Origin: Mustelus asterias
Taxonomy: Eukaryota
Direction: 5' to 3'
DNA length: 64,000 bases
NCBI RefSeq assembly: GCF_964213995.1
Contig: NW_027590186.1
Span: 682,001 to 746,000 of the forward strand
Made by a program: the position numbers and the translations under genes. The notes beneath the pieces were generated by a model that did no database searches, was not told the DNA's origin, and saw nothing but the letters and a program-made list of their open reading frames with translations. Of the stretch, positions 53,050 through 64,000 are shown piece by piece. Each line of letters starts with the position of its first letter. Within the stretch, counting starts at the first letter, position 1.

Positions 53050-53142
53050 TTGGCACAACATTCAGTTGTTTCCCGTAGCCAAAGATGAGTTTATAAGTAC
53101 CGTCATAGTAATGAGCACCGTGAATAGTGGCCAGCAGAAAGC
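53050..53142 (-). pseudogene. J HYYDGTYKLIFGYGKQLNVVP with dead splice donor
   Basis: Open frame with FGYG; donor is CTAAGT; CACCGTG 53116-53122, 11 nt, GCAGAAAGC. Confidence 0.85.
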
Positions 53143-53774
53143 TACCAGTGCATCAGCTCATTCAGATTCCATCCAGTATACACAGCAACACTGGCATAAT
53201 CACTGATGTCAGTGGGAGCCTCGACAACTGCCATGGTGTGCGAATGGTAAATCTTAAAAATTATCTATCGCCAAGAGATGAACAATGCATCTGATAACAT
53301 TCTACAAAGCTAAGCACATCCAAGGCCAAATTTAAAGCCAAGTTACCTCTCTGCACCGACTGGTGCATTTAGGCAGAATTCTTCTGCCTTCAGTGATAGC
53401 TATTTCTGGAACACGTCGCTCGACTTTTGTGAAGGGCTTAGAGCTTGAGAGAGCCATACTACATATCAAGCGTTGCTGAGCAGGAGTCTCCCTCTCACTC
53501 CCAATCTTTGGCAGCGTTGCTTTCTCACCTTCCTTGTTCATCAAGTCCAAGGGTAGGGACTCGGACCCGGCGTTTCTAGCTCAGAGGTAGGGATTCTAGC
53601 CCATTGCACCACAAGACCTCCCCAAGTTATGAATGGCCATTATATTGCATCTCCTCCCTTTAAGCCTGTACTGATTTTTTTTAAAAACACGACTTGGTGA
53701 TATGTTTGGAACTGTAAATATTGATTGTCATCCTACTGTAAATAGATCATGGTGGAAGATAGTTGAGGACTTAC

Positions 53775-53831
53775 TGGGCTCCACAGTGAGTTTGGTCCCT
53801 TTGCCAAAGGCAAGCTTCTCAGTTCAGTAGT
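53775..53831 (-). pseudogene. Pseudo-J (YY*)TEKLAFGKGTKLTVEP
   Basis: FGKG and donor gtaagt intact; 5' in-frame TGA; no CAC heptamer upstream. Confidence 0.85.
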
Positions 53832-55392
53832 AACAGCTACTACAAAATATAGACCCAGCCATATGAACACAGGGCTAGCTCACATTCAGTTTGTATCATG
53901 TCACTTCTTTTAATTAGCTTCTCTCCTGAACCAAATATAACCGTTCCCTCCCTCTCCCTCACACTTAGCTCCCACTGTTTTTTTGACTATATCAGGGAAC
54001 AATATTTGGATAATGAATTGACTGTGTTTCACAATTTCCATCTTCACCGGTACTTCTCCCTGAACACCCAGGAGACACAAATCCTAGGAAAATAGTTTGA
54101 CATCAACACATACGAACATGCAAAGTGGGAGCCGGAGTAAGGCACTGGGCCACTCCAGCCTAACCGCTATTCAGTAAGATCATGACTGATCTGATTGTAA
54201 CCTCACCCCCAGATTCCTGCCTACCCCCGATAACCGTTTATCCCTTGTTAATCAAGAATCTATCGAGCTGTCTTTAAAATAATCAAAGGCCCTGTTCCCC
54301 CTGATGTTTGAAGAAGAGAGATGACGAGACTCACTACTCTTTAAGAGAGAAATAAGTCTCCTCATATCTGTCTTTAAAGGAGTGACCCTTTAATTTGAAC
54401 TATAACACCTCGTTCAAAACATTAACTTGTTGTTGATAATCGTTGACCAACACTTCACTTTGAGGCCTCATTTCAAGCGTGCATTCGTGTCAGCGGTTTA
54501 ACAAATACCGGAGACCATAGGACGACGGGGCAGACGGATGCCATTTGGCCCATCGGTCATTCAATGAGATCATGAATTATCTGATGTGATAATTCTGAAT
54601 ACCTCTTTCCTGTTGTATCCTCGTAACCCTCGATTGCCCTGTGGGTTAAAAATCTGAACATTCAACCTGTACAGCGCTCTGCGGCAAATGATTCCACAGA
54701 TTCACTGCTGGCTTGAAAGAAGAAAATCTTCATTATATAAATGGGCAACCCCATACTTTGGGATTATGACCTCTGGTCCTACAAGAGGTAATAACGTCTC
54801 AGCATCTAACCTTGTCATGTCCCCTGAGAATCCAATAAGTCTCAATAAGGTCACATCGCATGCTTCTAAACTCCACTAAGTACAGGCCCAACATACTCAA
54901 ACTCTCCGAAAAAACATATCCATACCTGGGATCAAAGTAGTGGCCTTCCCTGAACTGCCTCCAATGCCAGTATAGATTTCCTAATGTTAGGGAACAGTGT
55001 TCCAGATGTGGTCTAAATCGTACCTTGTATAGTTTTAGCAAGATTATTAGTTTTAACAAAGACAAGCTTGAAAATGAAATATATGTAGATAATTATTCAA
55101 ATCAGTGGGCATTTGACTCAACCTGCTAAATGGGCATTTTCTATCCTATTTGTAACCCAATTTCAGTTCGATGTCACATCACTGATGCCTAATGTTTCAA
55201 CTGGTGTTGATGACACGGCTTAATAAACAGTGAGCTGAACTCGATACTCGGTGCCTAATAGCTTAATTGATTGGTGCAATGGCTTCTCCTTCATTTCAAG
55301 CACTGCCTTGGCTCTTTATCGGCCTTTCACCCGACACCATTCAGCAGAAATCTGTATCTAATAGGAGGAGATGAAGGTGGACTCGCACTTAC

Positions 55393-55483
55393 TTGGCACA
55401 ACCTGCAGTCGGGTGCCGCTGCCGAATATCAGTTTTTCAGTATCAGCATTATACACACAGTGACTATTGCCCAAGCAGAAAGC
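55393..55483 (-). CDS. TRDJ: J-delta YNADTEKLIFGSGTRLQVVP (coding 55455-55393) with 12-RSS
   Basis: FGSG; donor gtaagt; CACAGTG 55456-55462, 12 nt, GCAGAAAGC. Confidence 0.95.
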
Positions 55484-55949
55484 TTCCACTGGGGCAGGCC
55501 ACAGAGACTTCAGCTATTTCAAAACCCTGGGGAGTACATGCTCACTTAGCATAATTTTATGACCGATCTGCCCTCAAAACAGATGCAACCGATTAAATAG
55601 CAAATTAGAAAGAGACAATTCTGGATAAACTGTGTACGTGTGGCAGCACGTGTAGAGAGAGAAACAAAGCTAATAATCCTGCGATCCCGGGAATCAGTCT
55701 GGCATTAGGAAATATTGTTTTCTTTTTTTTAAAAGTTGGATCACTATTCTTTGAAGTATTGTGGTATCAATAGTTGGTACGTGTGAGATACTTAGTTGTG
55801 TGAGGAACTTCTTTATGTGCAAGTGGAAAAGGACACATTCCTTCATCATTGTATAATTCATCAGGTTCGTTTGTCACAATGGCAAATTTTCTCCCCACTT
55901 TTGCAATGAGGCCAAAAACTTCTGAGTGCAAAATGAATCTTCTCAAATT

Positions 55950-56285
55950 CATAGATCATAGAATCCCTACAGTGTAGAAGGAGGCCATTCGGCCCATCGA
56001 GTCTGCACTGACAACAATCCCACCCCAGGACCTATCCCCACAAATTTATCCCACTAATCCCTCTAACCTACATATTCCCTGACACTAATGGGCAATTCAG
56101 CATGACCAATAAACATAGCCCGCACATCTTTGGACTGTGAGAGGAACCAGAGAATCTGGCGGAAACCCACGCAGACACGGGGAGAACGTGCAACCTCCAC
56201 ACAGACAGTAACCCAAGCCTGGATTCGAACCTGGATTGCTGGAGCTGTGACGCAGCAGTGCTAACCACTGTGTCACCGTGTCACC
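55950..56285 (-). mobile_element. HE1-type V-SINE
   Basis: Same head, core and tail as the other copies. Confidence 0.85.
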
Positions 56286-56314
56286 CGTAATTGATGCCAA
56301 TAGATTCTACTCAC

Positions 56315-56406
56315 TTGGCTCCACGCTCAATTTGGTTCCACCACCGCATATTAATGGTCTGTAAGAAGCACGAGCGTACACTACGATTACTCTCCATGTC
56401 AGAACC
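56315..56406 (-). CDS. TRDJ: Atypical J (open frame) YARASYRPLICGGGTKLSVEP (coding 56378-56315)
   Basis: CGGG replaces FGxG; donor gtgagt intact; weak RSS CACTACG 56379-56385, 12 nt, GTCAGAACC. Confidence 0.8.
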
Positions 56407-57716
56407 CAAAGACAGGGAGCATGCATGCCAAAATTCAAAAAGGGCTTTAGTCATTGCTCAGGGCAGTTAAGCAGGTCTCGCTACAGAATACTATTTCCTG
56501 CAGTTTGTTTGGATCAAAAGTTAATCAGAAACTTTTACAATCTTCCAAGTCATCCATCTCTTAATTTCCCAGGAAAATAAGTCAGAGCGTGACTGGCTGG
56601 GAGTTCTCAATGTACACATCCAAGCGCGGTAACACGTGTCGAGAATTCCATGGCTCACTTTCGAACGGAATTTTCAAATCCATACAAAAATGCTGCTTTT
56701 GGGATTTCGTTCAGAATTGGAACTAAAGGAAATCTACACCATTGAGCCCCAACCCACCCCCTCCCCTCAATCCCAACTCACCCCACCTTTATAAGTGTAA
56801 CTTAGAACTGTGATTTTGATGCCAGAAGGCTGCATAGATGATTGTAGTCCTAATTCTGGGTTCCATTGAAATAGGTAACACAAACATGACTTTGCATTTC
56901 AGACAGGTTCCCTACCACTAGAATTCATACACAATAATGGATTCATTTGCACACTGAAGTGATATTTGAAATATTCTTTATTCATAGTCTGAGGGCAAAG
57001 ATTCATAAAGTCAGAGAAGTCCACTGCACAGAAAACGCCTTTCGGCCTATCATGTCTCCGCCAGTCAAAGACAAACCAAATAACTATTCTAATCCCATTT
57101 TCCAGCACTTGGCCCATTGCCGTGTATGATATGACATCACAAATGTATATCTAAATACTTCTTAAATGTTGTGAGGGTCTCGGCCTCCATCACCATTTCA
57201 GGCAGTGAGTCCCAGACGCTCATCACCCTTTGGGTCAAAATGTTTTCTTCACATCCCCTCTAAATCTCCTGCCCCTACCTTAAATCTATGCCCCTGGCTG
57301 CTCTCTGCTCACTCAACTAAAGGGAAAATTATCTTCCTGTCTTCTCTATCTATGCCCCTCATTATGCTGAAGGGCTTTTTCCAGTGCTGTCTCCTTCTAT
57401 GACCCTATGACTCTATCGTGGTGAGTATCTTCCAGATATCTATCGAGGTGCCACTTACTTGTACTACACACAGCCAGATCATTGACATATCTCCCTGTTG
57501 GCAGCACACTTGTGTTGTCATGATAGAGGCCAGTTAAATGTTTAAAGAAAATACTTCGGAAAATCTCAATGCCCAGTCAAGCTACGCTTCAAATTCCCAA
57601 AGATCCCTGCTCATCCATAAAACAACAATGATCATTAAAATAATTGTATGTCTCAATTAAGTCACAGGGGGCAAAATAACATGAAGAGAGAACATTATCC
57701 AGGATTAGTTACTTAC

Positions 57717-57804
57717 TGGGTTCCACAATCAGCCTGGTCCCGTTGCCAAAGATGAGCTTAGCCTTTTCATATGTTGCACAGAGTTTGATCCCGTAACAAG
57801 ATCC
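57717..57804 (-). CDS. TRDJ: D-proximal J-delta TYEKAKLIFGNGTRLIVEP (coding 57776-57717) with 12-RSS
   Basis: FGNG; donor gtaagt; CACAGAG 57777-57783, 12 nt, ACAAGATCC. Confidence 0.95.
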
Positions 57805-57986
57805 ACTGGGGTCCCGTTCACCACTCTCTCTCTCTGTCCTGTGTCTGACTGATTTGATTAGGGCTGGGTCAGACCAGTAATAGGATAAACTCGGTCAACA
57901 TCACGGTGGGGTTGGGAGTCAGCGGCGGGGAGTGGGCTGAGAGGGGTGCTATTGAGAGAGGTTGGTGAACTCCTGTGAGGCTGGGA

Positions 57987-58069
57987 GGTTATTGTACGGG
58001 CGTTGAGGGAGATTCAGCTACTGTGGTCCCACGTAGCCCACCACAGTGATACATGCCAGAACAAAAACT
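57987..58069 (-). CDS. TRDD: D-delta GTGGGCTACGTGGGAC (58041-58026) with 5' 12-RSS and 3' 23-RSS
   Basis: On +: GGTTATTGT 57987-57995, 23 nt, TACTGTG 58019-58025, 16-nt D, CACAGTG 58042-58048, 12 nt, ACAAAAACT 58061-58069. Open in all three frames (VGYVG, WATWD, GLRG). Confidence 0.96.
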
Positions 58070-58611
58070 CGTCAGCAGCTGTTGCTGCTGCTACTGTCAG
58101 ATGTATAACTTCAGCTGCTAGAGCAGAATCTCGCTGATAAATGCAGCTATCAATTCCACTCCGATAAAGCCCGAGTAAAACGGTCCATGGGATTTCACAC
58201 GAGCGCTGGCGAAAAATATGTTTTGCACAGAAAAACTGTGGGGTTAGATGACCAGCAGGATGTGCTGAAGGTGAGGTAAGTTTTCAGGAACATTATTAAA
58301 GGAATGGAGGTAGGTAAACAGAGTGGGTGGACGGGGGCGGCGGTGAGTGGTTAACGTAGAGAATTCTCCAGCTCAGGAACAAGGCTCTTAAAGGCACGCT
58401 CGCGGATTGAGGGGGCCAAAGGAATTTGGGGCACTTTCAAAAGGCCAAAACTGGAGCAACAACAGACTGAAAGGCATACAGGTTGGAGAAGGTTACAAAG
58501 ATGGAGAAAAGAGCAACTATGAGAATGACGGGAACTCTGATGTTTACCCAGAAGCCAATATAGTTTTGTTTTTACTTAGTATGACATCCCTAATTGCACT
58601 GAACTGAATGG

Positions 58612-59033
58612 ATTCGAACTACAAAGGTCCGTGAACGAAGCCCAGTCGGACAAGCAAACCAGCCTCCCATCCATTGAAACACTTCCCGCTGCTTCGAAAA
58701 AGCAGCCAGCAAAAATCAAGAACCCCACACACCCCGGATGTACACTCTTCCAATTTCTTCCGTCGGGAAAAAAATTCAAAAGTTTGAGGACACATACCAA
58801 CAGACTCAAGAACAGCTTCTTTCCTGCCACCATCAGACTTTTGAATGGACTTACCTCGCACTAAGTTGAACTTTCTTTCCACCCTAGCTATGACTGTAAC
58901 AATACATTCTGCACTGTCTCCTTTCCTTCTCTATGAACTGTATGCTTTGTTTGCATATGATGCATGAAACAATACTTTTCACTGTGTACTAATATCTGTG
59001 ACAATAATAAAGCAAATTAAATCAAATCAAATC
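58612..59033 (+). mobile_element. Rex1/Babar-type 3' fragment
   Basis: KNPTHPG..LFQFLPSG...TNRLKNSFFPATIRLLN; (ATCAA)n tail. Confidence 0.7.
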
Positions 59034-59756
59034 GGATTGTTACGTCAATCCAGAGGTCTGTCCATTGCTGTCGATGTGCAGTCAGACCACGTAAGGTTGG
59101 TAGATAACGTTAAAAGGAATAATTGAACCAGATTCACAGTGAACATGACTGAGTACAAAACCTTCCCTTCCAAGTTTATGACTTGAGTTGCAATTCAAAT
59201 AACTTGCCATGGTGAGATTTGAACCCACTTGCAGAGAGCCCGTGGCTCTGGCTAATCGCTAATACAGCAACCTGACCGTGACACTACGGCACCTCTTGCC
59301 CGAGATCAGCCAGACTTGGAGGGAGTGAAGTTCTGGATATTATAGTTTGGACCAACTGAAGTTAATGCAGTGAGGAATGTGGGATATAAAACTTGAAAGG
59401 CGAACCCATAGGTAACAAAGGCATGGGGATATCTCCACACACAAATGAAGTTGAATAGCGGACAAAATAGAGGATTGTTAAAAATCTCTTTGTACACGTA
59501 ATGTGACAAACCGATGCAAAATTGATTTTTGCCATCCCCTTCGAGATACTGGGGATGCAGAAATTCTAAATGCAAGATGTGCTACTTCCTGTCCTACTTT
59601 CCATTGAAAATTCCCTTCGTCATAATTAAATGGATACTTGCGATATAAAAGCGTCACAGTAGAATTACACTTAACACCCGGCTGAGGAGCTACATAACCC
59701 ACCAATAGATTTCACAATGACAGAGTCTGACTCCATGAATCTTTGCCGCCAGGTTA

Positions 59757-60115
59757 TAGAACATAGAACATAGAAAGCCACAGCACAAACAGGCCCTTCG
59801 GCCCACAGGTTGCGCCGATCACATCCCCACCTCTAGGCCTATCTATAGCCCTCAATCCCATTAAATCCCATGTACTCATCCAGAAGTCTCTTAAAAGACC
59901 CCAACGAGTTTGCCTCCACCACCACCGACGTCAGCCGATTCCACTCACCCACCACCCTCTGAGTGAAAAACTTACCCCTGACATCTCCTCTGTACCTACC
60001 CCCAGCACCTTAAACCTGTGTCCTCTCGTAGCAACCATTTCAGCCCTTGGAAATAGCCTCTGAGAGTCTACCCTATCCAGACCTCTCAACATCTTGTAAA
60101 CCTCTATCAGGTCAC
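59757..60115 (-). mobile_element. Young CR1 3' end, near-identical to 17118-17477
   Basis: Direct sequence match within the window. Confidence 0.92.
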
Positions 60116-62203
60116 GACCAGAGAATATTTAAAGTATTACTTCAGTGTGCAAATGAATCCATTGCTGTGTTCTATTCGAATGTTAGGAACCTGTCTGAAA
60201 TGCAAAGTCATGTTTGTGTTACCTATTTCAGTGGAACCCAGAATCTAGACTACAAAAATCTACAAGTTACAAGTTCACTTAAATACATTGTACTTTCCAG
60301 ACAATTGCATAAATTGTACATGACATTCGAACTAGCTGATCCATATCATTGTTAAAGGCCAACGGACATTTCTGAACCTCCTTCATCCAACCGTCCAACA
60401 CAACGTTATATTTGTCTCTTTCTTACTCATGCAGCTATTGAAACTCCTCTTAAAGAATGAAGGGGGAAAGGGAGGAAACAGGGAACTACTGTACAACTTT
60501 TTTCCTTCAGCTACACGTCAGCCGGCTGGAAAGAGCTGCAATCTGTTATTGAGGCAGTCTTAATAAAGCACCTCGAAAATCATAGATTGGTCCATCAGGT
60601 TTTACGAAAAGAAATTCACTTTGAGGAACGCATTAATACCTTTGAGTTTGCAAGTCGCAAAATAGATCAAGTGGAGGCAGTAGACTTGAATTTCCAAAAA
60701 TACATTCAATAAACAAGCAAACACGATGTCAATAGGCAAGACAAGTGACAGTACAGTTGGCAGCCAAATATTAGCACGGCGAGGGTAATGGGCAGAATCA
60801 GAGCATGGATATTTTTAACTCATTAATGGAATGTGGACGTCGCTGTCTGGGCTAACATTTATTGCCCATCACCTGTTGCTCCCCCCCCCCTCCCTTTTAA
60901 CAGGATGCCTTTCAAGACCCTGTCGGGGCATTTTTTGGAGTCCCATGTTGCCCAAGCGATGGAAGGATGTCAGATACTCTTCTCTAAAATGCAGATTGCT
61001 TTTTTTTAAAAAAAGGAAATCAACAATGCTTTCATGGTCATCATTAAACTTCTAATTCCAGATTTTTATTGAACTGAAATTTCGCCATCTGCTTCCATGT
61101 TGAGGCTCGAACCCAAGTCCCCTGAGAATGATCTGGGGTCCCAGGATTATTAAACCAGTAACTTTACCGCGACGTGTCCACCTCCCCTTGAACGGGAGAT
61201 GTTAACATTGGTCATTGCTGCCAGTCAGTGTGCATTAAGGCTCATGGCTAAGTCTATTTGCATTCTCCATCAATGAGCTACACGAAAAGCGAGATGATAA
61301 TATATCTGGGTTTGTACATTTTACAAGGACAGATGGGAATACAAGCTGTGAGGGGGGCACATAGAAGCTAGAAGGGGATGTACAGCGCTTTCTACTGTCC
61401 ACCGCCAGGGAACTATGCCTGTTCAGTTGTTGAATGCATTTGAAACGTAAATCAATGTGTTTTAGGTGGATTCAGAGATATAGTAACGAACAGGGCGGTA
61501 GATTTGAAGTCACGGATCAACCACACTCATGTTAAATGGCGCAGCAGCCTCGACGCGCTGAAAGGGTAAGTGCAGGTGCTAAATATTATGCTGCTGTCGA
61601 TGCCCCACAAGAGCCGCTTCTCTCCCGCCTTTCTCTCACACCTATATCATTCTAATCGTCACTTGCCCTTCTGTGCTTCTTACTTCCCCATGAATATATT
61701 CATGGAATTGGCCAAAATTACGTTTTGTGAGAGGAAGTTCCACGTTTTCAACACTCGTTGTGCAATATAGTTTCTCCTGAAAAACTCTCTGGATTTCTTA
61801 CCTGTTACCCATCACTTCAAATAAATGTTTTGCGAGGCTATTCCAGAGTCAATCACTTGCTGTGGATATTGAGTCACGAGCAGGATAAACCAAGCAGAGA
61901 TAGCAGGTCTCCTTCCCCACAGGGTCATCAGTGAAAGTGGTGGGTTTTGGTAGCAATCAAATTGGGTCACCATTAGATTTAATTTTCTGATGTTTACACC
62001 CACAGTGCTGTTAGGGAGAGAATTCCAGGATTTTCGTCCCGCGACAGTTAAGAAACAGTGATATATTTAGAAGTTGGAATGGTGACCGATTTGGAGGGGA
62101 ACAAGTAACGATACTGTGCCTTTAAGAAATTAATTTCTATCATGTTTCTTGTAAGAGGTATGTTTAAAATTCAACTCTGTTTTACGGGGGCCGATTTGTC
62201 TGC

Positions 62204-63275
62204 ACAAAGAACAAATAACAAACGACAGTACAGCACAGCAATCGGCCCTTCGGCCCTCTGAGCCTGTGCCGATCATGTTGTCTTATCTAGACCAACCGCT
62301 TATATCGTTCTGTTCCCCGTTTCTTCATATGCCTATCAAGATATGTCTCAAATGTTATTAAAGTGACTGCCTCAATCACCTCACATGGCAATGCATTCCA
62401 GACCCCCACCGCCCTCTGTGTAAGAAACTTCCTCCACGCATCTGCACTGAACCTTTCCCCCCTTATCTTGCACTTGCTGCCCCCTTGTAATTGTCATTTC
62501 TGCCCTGGGAAAAAGCTTCCAACTGTTCACTCTATCTATAGCTTCCATAACTTTATAAACTTCTATCAGATCGCCCCTCAGCCTGCGTCTTTCCAGGGAG
62601 AACAATCCCAGTTTATTCAATCTCTCCTCATAGCTAATACCCTCCATACCAGGCAACATCCTGGTAAACCTTTTCTGCACTCCCTCCAAAGCCTCCAAAT
62701 CCTTCTGGTAGTGTGGTGACCAGAATTGGACACACTATTCAAAATGTGGCCGAACCAAAGTTTCATCCAACTGTAACATAATTTGCCAACTTTTATACTC
62801 GATGCCCCGTCCGATGAAGGCAAGCATGCCATATGCTTTCTTTACCACCTTTTCCACCTGTACTCCCACTTCTAAGGATCTGTGGACCTTACTCTCAAAT
62901 CTGTCTGTGTGTCTATGCTCCTGATGGTTCTGCCATTTATTTCATGGCTCCCACCTCAATTGGATCAACCAAAATGCATCACCTCGCATTTGTTCAGGTT
63001 AAATTCCATCTGCCAGATCGCCACCCATTTTTCCAGGTTGTCTATATCCTGTGGTGTTCCCTGACAATCTTCATCACTATCCACAACTCTGCCAATCTTA
63101 GTATCATCCGCAAATTTGCTAATCAGAGCAGCTACGTTTACTTCCAAGCCATTTAGATATATATTACGAACAGCAGAGGTCCCAGCACTGATCACTGCAG
63201 AACACCACTAGCTACAGACCTCCATTCGGAAAGAAACACCCTTCCACCGCTATCCTCGCTCTTCTATGGCCAACC
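62204..63275 (-). mobile_element. CR1 3' fragment
   Basis: FADD in ORF 62965-63195; ORF 62381-62698. Confidence 0.9.
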
Positions 63276-63285
63276 CAGAGAATAC

Positions 63286-63951
63286 TGTTAATGCAGGCAA
63301 ATGATTCATTTTAGCTAAGTATGTGTTTATTTTAATCTGAGTTAATGCATTTTTGTTTATTTTGGTTTTTCCCCTGTGGTTTCAGAGTAGGGCTTTGATT
63401 GGGTTGATTGGCAGAGGCAGGGTCATGTGAATGGGCTTGCAAGGAAAAGACAATGCTTTATTTTATTTTTAAACAGTCAGTTTCTGCTTGGTCCTGAAAG
63501 AAGAAAGAGGTCTTTCCCTCTCTGTCTATCTCTCTCTCTCTCTGAAGGCTGCTGTGTGGGGCTGGCAGAAGACAGGAGTCTCTCTGTCTGCCTCTCTCTC
63601 CAGAGGTGTTTTAGGACTTTTAACAAGTCCAAGCGCATAAGCAGGGGATTGTTACTGATTTTGAAGAGGAGTCCAAGTCGATCAGAGGAATATTGCTTGA
63701 ATTTGAACTGATAGGGATGAATTAGCGGCTATGAATTGCATGTTGTTAAGCTAAGCATTTCAATTGGGAAAAGTGAAACTAATTCGTTCGTTATGGTCAA
63801 ACTGTACTGTTAAATGAAGTTAGTTTTGATAAGCGCTTCCTTGTGTGTCAATGGAATCAGACCTGGAGCGAAACACCTTATCCTCACACTAATGTCAAAA
63901 TTGAAACACGGTTGAGGTCTAGTCATAACCTAACATATGGGATTCGTAACA
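63286..63951. mobile_element. Probable solo LTR
   Basis: TGTTA...TAACA inverted termini; ATAC flanks on both sides (one-base ambiguity at the right end). Confidence 0.5.
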
Positions 63952-64000
63952 TACTTGTTTTGTTTTCTCTGACACCTTAACAACTTCCAGGCGATGGTGA

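Noticed and set aside
57453-57515. J relic ending CTGTGTGTAGTACAA|gtaagt
   Set aside because: Only the donor and VV-like codons match; no FGxG or RSS, so it is mentioned as a weak relic and not annotated.
57996-58018. AP-1 site in the D 23-RSS spacer, as in D-beta
   Set aside because: AGATTCA mismatches the motif.

Overview
Eukaryotic (elasmobranch/shark-type) genomic DNA, judged from HE1/V-SINEs and dense CR1 LINEs. The window holds the core of a T-cell receptor delta locus on the minus strand. In transcriptional order: one D segment with 12/23 RSSs (58026-58041); an array of at least 11 J segments between 57.8 and 43.6 kb (4 intact, 1 open with Cys replacing Phe, 6 pseudogenes, plus 2 weak relics); a three-coding-exon TRDC (Ig-C 36183-35872, connecting peptide 33153-33091, TM 32651-32542); a candidate 3' enhancer (~24.9 kb); a decayed inverted V (+ strand, ~9.1 kb); and a TCR alpha/delta-type V in the same orientation as C-delta (leader 2006-1961, V exon 1253-952, near-consensus 23-RSS) with a frameshift in FR1. 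Most of this is missing from the ORF track because the exons are short and spliced. The rest is mainly CR1 LINEs (often nested antisense inside older CR1s), Tx1/L1 and Rex1-type fragments, SINEs, Penelope remnants with a minimal hammerhead ribozyme fold, a probable solo LTR and TG/CA low-complexity DNA. Coordinates were read by hand; repeat boundaries are approximate.
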